The notes under the pieces are model-generated. The model was given only the letters and a program-made list of their open reading frames with translations, was not told the origin of the DNA and made no database searches. This document shows, one piece after another, positions 36,889 to 47,599 of a stretch of 64,000 nucleotides of DNA (its first letter is position 1; every line of letters begins with the position of its first letter). The position numbers and the translations under genes were made by a program. Source of the stretch: Octopus vulgaris (lineage: Eukaryota); assembly GCA_951406725.2 (NCBI GenBank), contig OX597814.1, positions 163,370,001 through 163,434,000 on the forward strand. The letters are read 5' to 3'.

Positions 36889-39800
36889 TGTTAGTAAACA
36901 GTATGAGCTACGTCTAAGGGGATACGCACAACGCGTATCACTCTGCGTATGTTGACAGTTCGTAAAACAGGTTAAAGTAAATAAACACGTAAAACAATAA
37001 CAATGCCTTCATTGAGTTGTCTATCATCCCATCAAGAACGAAACAATGCATGATATTGTGGCAGCGGTAAATAATTGGCGGCCCCCGTCACCATACAGAT
37101 GAATCTACATCCGACCATTGACTGGTACGCCGATGATATCGTGGAAGCGTTCAAGAAATTCAAACAGAAAACTCAACTGGCTTTCAAAAGCTTCCTGAAA
37201 GGTACAACCGCCGATGAAAAGGTAAGCTACATCCTTTTATGGACAGGAGAAAAGGGCCTAGACCTATTCAATAGCTGGGACATGTCAGAATCGGATTACA
37301 ATAACCCAGACACACTTTTAGAGAAATTTGAAAGGTACCTAGAGCCCAGATCGAACCATAGAATTCATAGATACGAATTCCAGGGCCTGAAACAAGACCC
37401 ACAAGAAACGATTGACAATTTCCTGTCCAGACTGAAGAATGTTGCTGAGAAATGCAAATTCAAAGACAAGGACGAAAGGATTGTTGATCAACTAATATGG
37501 GGATGTGCTCATAAAGAAGTCCAGAAATCCCTCATAGGTAAGGACGCTCTCCAGTTAATAGAAGCAGTAGACACTGCAAGAGCATTCGAAGCCACTACCA
37601 TACAAATGGCCTCACTTACTTTACAAACAAACATAATAGGCAGCAGTGTAGATATTGTATCTAGACATAGGACGAAACATACCCGCAAACAAAGAACATG
37701 CCAGTACTGTGGTACGGGGCATGAGTTCAATAACCGGAAGAAATGTCCTGCATTCGGTACACACTGCAAAGCATGTGGAAAACCCAACCACTGGGAAAAA
37801 ATGTGTAGACTAACCAAGTCTCAGAAATACAAGCCCCAATTTTCAAAGAGGAGCGGAAAGAGAAGACAAAGAGATATACATGCCCAACAACAGGAACAAA
37901 ACACCTCAGAGGAGGAATTCTTGGCAGTCGGCACAATAAATGTGCATGAGATGGGAAATGACGACCAAAAAAAAAAAAAATAATAATAATGAGGTATACA
38001 CTACTATACAAATACAAAAGAAGTCAGGCAAGAAACGAAAAAACATCGCCTTAAGGCTAAAGATTGACACTGGGTCCCAGAGTGATATCTTGCCTGTCAA
38101 CCTCTACAAAAACATGTTCCCAGAACACATGACACAAGAGGACAAAGTCAAAGAAGGAATCCTCACACCAAGTGATATAATCCTCACTGCGTACAGAGGT
38201 ACCAGGATTCCACAACTGGGAAAATAACAATCACAGGGACACACAAAGGAAAAACAATCAAGTGTTCTTTTTATGTCACAAGAACAGAAGGACCAGCAAT
38301 TCTTGGACTCAATACCTGTCAAAAGCTTAATATTGTGTCAATCAATGGTGAAGTGAAGGCAGCGCCGAGCAGGATTGACAGAGATATGCCTATCAAAGAC
38401 CGCCCGCCAATCACAAATAAAGAACTGATAAGCATGTACCCAGAATGCTTTGACGATACAGTCGGGGATTTTGTGAAAAGTCGATACCACATAACAGTCG
38501 ACCCCAATGCCAAACCAATTGTTCACCCACCTCGCCGCGTTCCTCTAGAACTAAAAGAGAAGCTGAAGGCAGAGTTGGACAGAATGGAAAAAAAAAGAAA
38601 GAATCACCAAAGTGACACGACCAACAGACTGGGTGAATTCAATTGTAATCAAAGAAAAACCCAATGGTACCCTACGGATATGCCTCGACCCAAGGGACCT
38701 GAACAAGTCATTAAAAAGAGAGTACCATCCAATTCCAACCCTTGAGGAAATCACACCATCATTAGCTGGATCCAAAATATTCAGCAAACTGGATGCCAGT
38801 AATGGGTACTGGAATGTAAAGATAGACAAATAATCATCCATGCTCACTACCTTCAACACACCATTTGGCAGATACCGATTCAACCGACTCCCATTTGGAT
38901 TGAAGGTGAGCCAAGATGTTTTCCAGCGCCAAATAAATGAGACCTACCAAGGCTGCAAGGGAGCAATTGAGATTGCAGAACGACATCTAAGTGCATGGTA
39001 AGGATGGGATCACACATGACTTCAATTTACATGAAGCCATGGAGAAAACCCGACAAGCAGGTATCAAACTCAATGCAGACAAGTGTGTGATAAAAGCAAA
39101 GGAGTGCAAATTCTTTGGAATTATATACTCTGCAGAGGGAGTTAAACCAGACCCCGCTAAAGTGGTAGCCATCAGAGACATCAAAGAACCCAAAGACAAG
39201 AAGGAACTCAGGAGCTTCCTGGGACTCATCCTCTACATGGAAGCCTTCATACCCAAGCTGGCCGATCACACCGCAAATCTCCGAGAACTAAACAAAGATG
39301 ACGTAGAGTTTGATTGGTGTGCTTCACACACACAGGATTTCAAAGCAATCAAAAAGCTCATCAGTAAGGAGACAACTCTGCAGTACTATGACTGACGCAA
39401 ACCAGTAACACTCCAAGTCGATGCTTCTATGAGAGGAGTTGGTGCAGCATTAATACAGGAAGGTAAACCTATTGCATATGCCTCGAAAGCTCTCTCACCC
39501 ACAGAGACAAGGTATGCAAATATTGAAAGGGAACTCCTAACAGTAGTATATGGCTGTGAAAAGTTCCATACATACCTGTATGGCAGACATTTCAATATTG
39601 AATCAGACCATCGCCCGCTAGAACAAATACACAGAAAAAACCTCACGAAGGCACCAGCCAGACTGCAAAGATTACTGTTAAGGCTCCAAAAGTACGACTA
39701 CGATATCAGGTACAAGCCAGGAAAAGACCTGATATTGGCGGATGCTCTTTCCAGACTATCCTCACATGATAAACAGGAGATGGAAGGACTAAGCATAAAG

Positions 39801-40192
39801 GTCCACCACATTGTAAATGTAACAAACACAAAGCTAGCAGAAATCAAAGAGGAGACCAGCAAAGATGAAGAACTCCAGCTCCTTACTCAGATGGTGATTC
39901 AGGGATGGCCAGAAAAGAGACATCAGGTGCAGCCCCTCATTCGTGAATATTGGGCCATCCATAATGATATATCAGTGGAGAATGGAATCCTGATGGCTGG
40001 ATCCCGAATAATTATACCCAGATCAATGCAAAAAGAGATTCTTGACAAGATCTACCAAGGGCATCTGGGAATGGAAAAATGCAAGCTCTGAGCCAAGTCA
40101 TCTGTATATTGGGTAGGCATGTACAAAGACATAGAGAGGATAGTTTCTACATGCCACATCTGTCAAAAGTACAGAAACTCACAACAAAAGGA
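36889..40192 (+). mobile_element. Ty3/Gypsy LTR retrotransposon (Mag-like), defective, truncated before the integrase core
   Basis: Short putative 5' LTR TG...CA (36889-~37050), PBS TGGCAGCGGT at 37059. gag 37075-37983 with two Cys-His knuckles, protease KIDTGSQ, RT (LRICLDPRDLN, SKLDASNGYW), RNase H (QVDAS, IERELL, ESDHRPL), integrase Zn finger (GHLG...CHIC). Several frameshifts and stops. Confidence 0.93.
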
Positions 40193-40737
40193 TTAGTTGG
40201 GTAAGCATATGTGGAGCCCGACATCTTTGTGGCAGGTTAATGACTTGAGGTAGTGGATAGCTTTGTATATCTCGGAAGTACGCTTAGCAGAAATGCAACT
40301 CCTGATGCTAAAATAAATCAGGATTGCGAAAGCTAGAGTTGCTTTTCCGAAACCCGAGAAGCAAGTCTGGCCAGATAGGGGTATCACAAAAACACAAAGT
40401 TGTCTGTGTATGAGGCCTGTGTTCTAACAGTCCTGCTAAAGGGATGTAAAACGTGGACAAGCTACAGACATCATGCTAAAGCAGTTAGAAGAATCAAACT
40501 AGAGGGATAGGAAGGCATGTAGGACCTTCCAGCGAAGAGATAGGGTAGGGAGGGGGTGCGGCTGGGTGTGGGGTAGTGTGAGGAAAGAGGGCGGAAGTGC
40601 AGTCTATTTGCTGGGCTAGGAATAGAGCAGTTTGAATTAGGTAGAGGGATATCCCTGACAATTGACGATACAGATCACGTATTGAAACGGAGTCTCAAAA
40701 TCTTTCACAGTTAGAATTAATTAACTGCGGACATATG

Positions 40738-41048
40738 AAGCAGCGTTGAATGAATATGTGCATACAATCATATTCCAACTTGATCAATATTTCCGCATAT
40801 CAGCAACTGTACTATTTGCTGATCTTATTTATAAATATGAATAACCGTTCTTCCAGGGTTGTTAATGTCTGATTCGGTATTCGTAGCTGATGCAGAAACG
40901 CGTATGTCCTGTGATCCGATGATGTCTTCTATAATCTGAGGATGTGTTTACTCATATATTGTCTATGAGAGGAATTTTCTCTCGAGACTATTGTACACGA
41001 ACGTGTTAAATATGATTGTGTACACACATACTTTATTCAACGCTGCTT
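40738..41048. repeat. Inverted repeat with ~37-bp core arms
   Basis: aagcagcgttgaatgaatatgtgcatacaatcatatt pairs with aatatgattgtgtacacacatactttattcaacgctgctt. Confidence 0.65.
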
Positions 41049-42339
41049 TGTGTGTTTCCAGTTAAGAAAAATACAATTAAAATAATTTAAAACTGCTTGA
41101 AGGTTATAAATTTATTGTATTATTGCAACATTTAATTAAAGAATACGGAAGTAAAATTTATTTTTGTACATGTAACAGTAACATCAACCTATGCTAGAAT
41201 TCTGGATATAGCGTATTAAATTGAAATCATGCCATGTCGCTTACTTTTCAAAATATACTTAGTCTTTTCTGAAAAGTTGATATGTCATCCTTATGCATAC
41301 TCCAGCAAGAAGTCAGGGGATAGAGAGGCCAGCGATGCTACATCTGCTCCTTTATTTATGCTTCTATATGCTATTTACTTTTTTTTTTTTATTCTACGTG
41401 TTCTTTATTCATTTCACTCGAACCTTGTTCAGCTTGTTCAGTCTGAGTGGAATGTTCGAGATGTCGTATTTGCATCTAGATTGCTCAGTGGCTAATTCTT
41501 ATATGTAGTGACAAGGGCTGGGGTTGTTTAACATGCTTTGACAATAAATTGCATCCTTTGGATGCTCAGTTGTTCATTGTTAGTATTTTCATTTGAATTC
41601 CTCTTCCTATAATGTATATTAGATATGAAAACGACTTAATATTCGGGGAGGCTGAAAGCTGCGTAGTTCCTCAGTGACAAGTCGTTACTGAAGTGATCCT
41701 TTGGGCCGGCGCCTGGAGAAAAAGAAAGAATTGGGTTTGGGTACTGTATTTATACATGTTGGAAAGCTAGATGTAGGTCAGAGAACAATGGAAAGTAAAT
41801 GGGTTTAATCTCTATTGAACTGTATCCAACCTAAGGATGTTGACTTAAACTATACAACTTAACTAAGTGTAACAGTTGACCCTCATAAATTTCTAAGTGC
41901 TAATGCCGAGAACGATAGGAAGAAACGCGTAGAAAAATCTAGGCTAAAGTCTCGATTCCTGGTTACAAATCCTGGAAGCGATTCGCTACATTCTGCTACA
42001 AATAACCACTGTATTTTCAATGTGTCGATAAAATGCCAGAATCACAATTTCGACTTTTGGTATTCTGGCCGTCTGTATGGTGGAGGAAAGATAGCACTGA
42101 AATTGTATATAACTGCTACAACATTCAAGCATAAACTGCGGACTAGCAATTTTTTAAAATGAGAATAGCTGCTATATTCACTACCTTTGCTTTTTAACCA
42201 CTGGAAAGCGAAAAAGACCAAGAAATTTGATAATAAAAAGTAAATAACTGTGTTACAAAATATTTCCAGGAGGCTAACTTAAGCGCAATAATTGCAGGAG
42301 CTGGTGCAGTAATGAGCTAGTTTCACTGTTTGGTTATTA

Positions 42340-42826
42340 GAAGAAACAAGGTAGGAGGAAGAGTTAACCCCGCTATCTTCAATTCGGTGTTCGTGCCTAC
42401 CCTTACCTATGGTACTGGATTTTGGATAATGACCGAAAGGATACGATAGCCAATATAAGCGGCAAAAATGAGATTTCGCTGACGTATCTTTGAAGTAACG
42501 TTACTCGATAGAGTGCGTAGTTCGGAGATCAGAGAGGCGCTCCAGGTAGAGCCGCTACTCTGATACTACGGATATATGGTAAGAATGCCCCAGGAAAGAA
42601 TAACTGGACAGATTCTACGGGCAAGACCAACCGGAAGGAGATCCAGGGGTAAACAGCATACAAGAAGGTTGGATAACATCCATCAACTCGGTTGATCTCG
42701 CTTGGGGATCCAGTGGGATGAATTGGAGACCGTTGCTTCTGATAGAACCCGTTGGAAAGCGTGTTTGAGGATTCTGCCTCCACGGCCTCATAGGAATAAG
42801 CGGTCGAAGAAGAGATGAGATGAGAG
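42340..42826 (+). mobile_element. RTE-like LINE 3' fragment with (GATGA)n tail
   Basis: AIFNSVFVPTLTYGTGFWIMTERIR and a degenerate GRR.RG..W motif, followed by agagatgagatgaga. Confidence 0.6.
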
Positions 42827-43859
42827 AAACTTTCCAACGATAAAGGAGATAAAACGTCTTATTTGGTTTGTTTTAGCCATAACAGCATAAATTATTCTAG
42901 ACGATCACCTTCAAACGCCTAAAATGCTAGCAAGAATGTTTTAAACAACAAGCATATTATGAATATTAAATGCCCTTATAAAATACTGGTGGCAGCGTTG
43001 GCGGTGGCGGCGGTGGGGGTGGCGGCGGCGGCGGTGGTGTGGTGGTGGTGGTGTGTGTGGGAAATGGGACCTTAGTGACTGTCAATACTGTTTTAAACTT
43101 GAATACTGTCTAGGTTAATCAGTAATCAACATTGTTATCATGCTGTATTTATTATTTCTTTGCTAATAACCTTTTGACAAAATTTACCCACGTGCTTGAG
43201 GTTTCTGAGAAAATGTAATATTTGTATTTGCCTTCTTTCATTAGTTTTCTTTTTATTGTAATGGGAAGAGACAACCTTGGTTGCTCGATAAACAAGTTTG
43301 CATGTGAAAATATATGAAATTTCACCAGTTGTTGGAAAATAAACAGCTGCCTTGGCATATATTTTGTTTATTCAGTAAACTCCTCAATGAACAACAATGA
43401 ATAAATGTGAATACAGTTTATTCTCCAAGCCAACACAATATAAGTGTGAGCAAATGTAAATTCAGATTGGTCATCTTAATCCATAAGAAATCAAAAATGT
43501 AATATATAATAATCTATAATCAATCTTTATAATTAATATTGCTGATTAGTTCCAGATCAGTCTTGATGGAACATGCCAAGTTATTCAGGCCATGGCATTC
43601 CTATCATACACATAGGTATAATGCATTATACCTAGGTGTATCATTATCCAACGTGTCTTGTGTTAATTCAGTAGAGTGTAATTGAGGGAGATATGGGGGT
43701 TCTTTAAAGCTGATCGAGCGATTGTATGGAGGTTCCTGCGATGATTCGTTTGTAATTAATTTCGCTTTTAGTAATTATAGTTGCTATTATAACCAAAACA
43801 TGGATACACACGGCAACAGATACATTGTATCCCAGCAATGTCGTAAGAGGCAGCTAAAA

Positions 43860-44440
43860 TGGTTTGGGGGCCAGAAATCTCGAAGATGGATGACTTAACC
43901 AACCTAACATGATGAGTCGAGTTTCCACACTGAGACATCTCGTCTTTATCAGCACTTCAGTCTCAAGTATGAGGGATTTCCAACTGATGATTAATATATG
44001 CCTTAAACACTTCTGGTGAAATCTCTCGAGTATTTTGATGTTTCATTAATGCGGGTCCTGCGTCAGACGAATATAGTTGGGATGTAATGACGCAAGCTTT
44101 ATAGATGTAAAGCTTGGAGGATAATTTCAAGTCCTTGCTTGACCAAACTAGTTTTTCCAATGTCCCAAACGCAATTAAAATCTTCTAAATCCTCAGGGAT
44201 CCATCTCTAGGAGAAAAGATTGCTCAGATACACAAAAAAATCCACTGCATCAAGTTTAGTCCTTTGCAAAATTATGTTTGATTGCATATACGTCTCCCTC
44301 GGAGTAGATAGAGACATCATCTTAGTTTGCTTCAGGCTTATTGGAAGCCTAAAAGTAGTACGGGCACTAGAGAGATTATTCATTATTTTTTTAATGTCTT
44401 GTTTCGAATGAGTCGCAAGAACACAATCGTCAGCGATTTT
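43860..44440 (-). mobile_element. RTE/BovB-like LINE fragment
   Basis: IADDCVL and FGLPISLKQTKMM, then LEKLVWSSKDLKLSSKLYIYKACVITSQLYSS. Confidence 0.65.
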
Positions 44441-44772
44441 ATTGTCGGTTCAAATTAAAATGCAAAGCAGCGGAGACTGCTCACAATATCAACCACGCAT
44501 TTAACCAGAGTACCGGCAATGAAGCCTAAGTACAACATTTGTTTTAAAAGATTAACGTGATAGAAAGGAATCTTGAAGATGGTGAAGGTTGTAGATATAC
44601 TGTGATTGACAATAACCAATCTATGGTTATTGCTGATGCACAATCACACAAAATATTCTCTAGAAGTAAACTGACCTTTCGACAACTGCTCAGTATTTTC
44701 ACCAGACTGGAGAGTAAAAGCAGCTCGCTAAACGGGAGCCGTACGAGCTGAACCAAATAAAAAAAATCACCT
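44440..44772 (+). mobile_element. Mariner transposase N-terminal remnant
   Basis: KCKAAETAHNINHAF...RNLEDGEG. Same family as 47620-47975. Confidence 0.7.
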
Positions 44773-44809
44773 CACATACATACATACATACATACATACA
44801 TACATTCAT

Positions 44810-44841
<32 letters not shown>

Positions 44842-44925
44842 GCGTAATGCATTTATACTCATACACATATCTATGAACGTATATAGATATGCATATATGT
44901 GTTTATGTATATGCGTATATATATA

Positions 44926-44984
<59 letters not shown>

Positions 44985-45743
44985 TAATATAGGATGAAGC
45001 TTTTTTATAGAAAAAAATTTCATCAAAAAATGTGGCAGCATATTAAAATACCTTTAAGGTTAAAATTATAAAATAACTTATAAACAATGGCTAAAGAAAA
45101 TTATTTCTATGCCAATATGCTGATAACAGACTTTTAAATCGTCAATTTCCACATATTATTTACTCGCTACAGAAAACACGTAGAGCTGAAACCGGGTAAA
45201 GCTGGCCAACAGAATTTGTTAAAAAGTTCGTTATTTCTATATTGAATCAATTTCACCACCAGCAATGCATTAGCATCATCGATGAACATTAATTTCATGC
45301 GAAATTCGTGTGCCAATCTGAAACTCTTGCTTACTGTGAAGAGGTTGTCTCCCTTGTATGTACATAGAACCGTGCTTTGTTCGTGGTTAAAGAGTCTTTG
45401 ACTCTTGTTTCTAGCAATGCTGGTGCTCTCCTGCACCCTTAGTCACTTTTACTGATAGTGAATTTTTTCCTTTTTGGCTTTAAATTGCGTCTGATCACCC
45501 TAATTATTTTATATGTATATATATATATATATAGCAATAATAATTCTCTAAACGAGGTATATACAGTAACTGCTCCATAACATAAGGGACGTTAGCCATC
45601 CGAATGTGGCTAGGGACAGGGCAGGGCGGTGGGGGTGTTACTGATGCATTTAGCCCCAGGCGATCATCAACGTCACCAGAAGGGCTGACGCCATCACGGC
45701 GTCCTCTAGCCTGCAAAGAGAGATCATTCCCCGAAGAAGCGGA

Positions 45744-45796
45744 TGCCACTTACGGACCCAGGTTTCAAGGTGTTTGCCTCTCGTCAACGTATGGCA
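45744..45796 (-). ncRNA. Type I hammerhead ribozyme, copy 1
   Basis: Minus strand TGCCATACG-TTGACGA-GAGG-CAAACA-CCTT-GAAA-CCTGGG-TC|CGTAAGTGGCA. Predicted cut between 45755 and 45754. Confidence 0.8.
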
Positions 45797-46101
45797 GGCA
45801 CCGCCCCTCGACGAACGACTCTCTGTGCAGGCTATCTATATAAAGATTTTCACAGTAAATACATTTACTGATGTAGAAAATCTGTTCGACAGTAATAATA
45901 ATTCTCTAAACGAGGTATATACAGTAACTGCTCCATAACATAAGGGACGTTAGCCATCCGAATGTGGCTAGGGACAGGGCATGGCGGTGGGGGTGTTACT
46001 GATGCATTTAGCCCCAGGCGATCGTCAACGTCACCAGAAGGGCTGACGCCATCACGGCGTCCTCTAGCCTGCAAAGGGAGATCATTCCCCGAAGAAGCGG
46101 A

Positions 46102-46154
46102 TGCCACATACGGACCCAGGTTTCAAGGTGTTTGCCTCTCGTCAACGTATGTCA
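46102..46154 (-). ncRNA. Type I hammerhead ribozyme, copy 2
   Basis: Minus strand TGACATACG-TTGACGA-GAGG-CAAACA-CCTT-GAAA-CCTGGG-TC|CGTATGTGGCA. Predicted cut between 46113 and 46112. Confidence 0.8.
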
Positions 46155-46338
46155 GGCACCGCCCCTCGACGAACGACTCTCTGAACGTCCCTTATGTTAT
46201 GGAGCAGTTACTGTATATACCTCGTTTAGAGAATTATTATTGCTGTCGAACAGATTTTCTACATCAGTAAATGTATTTACTGTGAAAATATTTATATAGA
46301 TAGCCTGCACAGAGAGTCGTTCGTCGAGGGGCGGTGCC

Positions 46339-46391
46339 TGCCATACGTTGACGAGAGGCAAACACCTTGAAACCTGGGTCCGTATGTGGCA
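46339..46391 (+). ncRNA. Type I hammerhead ribozyme, copy 3
   Basis: TGCCATACG-TTGACGA(46348-46354)-GAGG-CAAACA-CCTT-GAAA(46369-46372)-CCTGGG-TC|CGTATGTGGCA. Predicted cut after 46380. Confidence 0.82.
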
Positions 46392-46554
46392 TCCGCTTCT
46401 TCGGGGAATGATCTCCCTTTGCAGGCTAGAGGACGCCGTGATGGCGTCAGCCCTTCTGGTGACGTTGATGATCGCCTGGGGCTAAATGCATCAGTAACAC
46501 CCCCACCGCCCTGCCCTGTCCCTAGCCACATTCGGATGGCTAACGTCCCTTATG

Positions 46555-46606
<52 letters not shown>

Positions 46607-46629
46607 GTGTGTGTGTGTGTGTGTGTGTG

Positions 46630-46812
46630 TAGGGAGAGTTTACGAAAAAAACAAAAGACGAAGACAGGTGGTGTACAAAACAAATAGATGTATTTGTATA
46701 ACGCTCAGGAATAGAAAAAGTCTTTTACGTTTCGAGCCTACGCTCTTCTACAGAAAAGGACACAGAAAAATCAAGGAGAGAAAAAATGTGTGTAGTGGCT
46801 AACGATCTATCA
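46630..46812 (-). mobile_element. Short interspersed element with hammerhead-like motif (related copies at 56208-56350 and 27245-27385)
   Basis: Shares agggaga.tt..aaaaaa...agacaggtggtgta..caa...acgctc...acgtttcgagcctacgctcttc..cagaaa with 56208-56350. Confidence 0.6.
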
Positions 46813-47180
46813 GTGCGACTGATATATATATATATATACTCGCATATATATATACAAATATATGATTATCTACATTCTTCTTCTTCTCTTCCTCTTCCTT
46901 CTTCTTCTTCTTCTCCTCCTCCTCCTCTTTCTTCTTCTTCTTCCCTGCCAAGAATTCACAACGACCTCGAACCCACAAGAGTAAATAAGAGAGACAGAGA
47001 CAGGCAGAAACAAGGAAAATGCCCCTTGTTTTTGAATACTATGCAAGTATTCTTTTAAAAAACTTTTCATCTAATTTTGCCAAAATTTTATTGTTTTCCA
47101 TACTTACAGTAGAAAAAGTCTCAATGACTGAAACCAGTACTGAAATGTTTTTTATAAAATTATTTTAGCATTTTCTACCT

Positions 47181-47546
47181 TGACTGCGGCCATACTGAAG
47201 CACTGCCTTTAGTCGAGCAAATCGATCCCAGGACTTATTCTTTGGAAACCTAGTACTTATTATATCGGTCTCTTTTGCTGAACCGCTAAGTTACGGGGTC
47301 GTAAACACACCACCATCAGTTGTCAAGCGATGTTGGAGGGACAAACATATACATATACATACATATACAAATATACATATATACGACGGGCCTCTTTCAG
47401 TTTCCGTCTACCAAATCCACTCACAAGGCTTTGGTCGGCCCGAGGCTATAGTAGAAGGCACTTGCCCAAGGTTCCACGCAGAGAGAATGAACCCGGAACC
47501 ATGTGGTTGGTAAGCAAGCTACTTACCACACAGCCACTCCTGCGCC
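47181..47546 (-). mobile_element. SINE family A, near full-length
   Basis: Reverse complement of 12491-12860. Confidence 0.88.
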
Positions 47547-47599
47547 TATTTACACAAATAGTTTTACCTTTTCTTTTTATTATTGTTTATTTTAAGCTG

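Larger units (their letters stand above)
45533..46558. mobile_element. Candidate non-LTR retrozyme array: 358-bp non-coding unit, two tandem copies plus one inverted copy, each with a type I hammerhead
   Basis: Exact 358-nt period (45744/46102 and 46184/46542). Inversion junction at 46183/46184. Bounded by (TA)n tracts. Extensive internal complementarity and no credible protein. Confidence 0.85.

Noticed and set aside
46459-46502. Possible second hammerhead in the unit (TTGATGA; CTGATGC on the other strand)
   Set aside because: No GAAA or stem III follows. The segment folds as a simple hairpin.
45504-46802. Repeated 79-138 aa ORFs (MASASSGNDL..., MWLGTGQGGG...)
   Set aside because: They occur on both strands of a GC-rich structured repeat, run into microsatellites and resemble no protein. 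They are by-products of the 358-bp unit.
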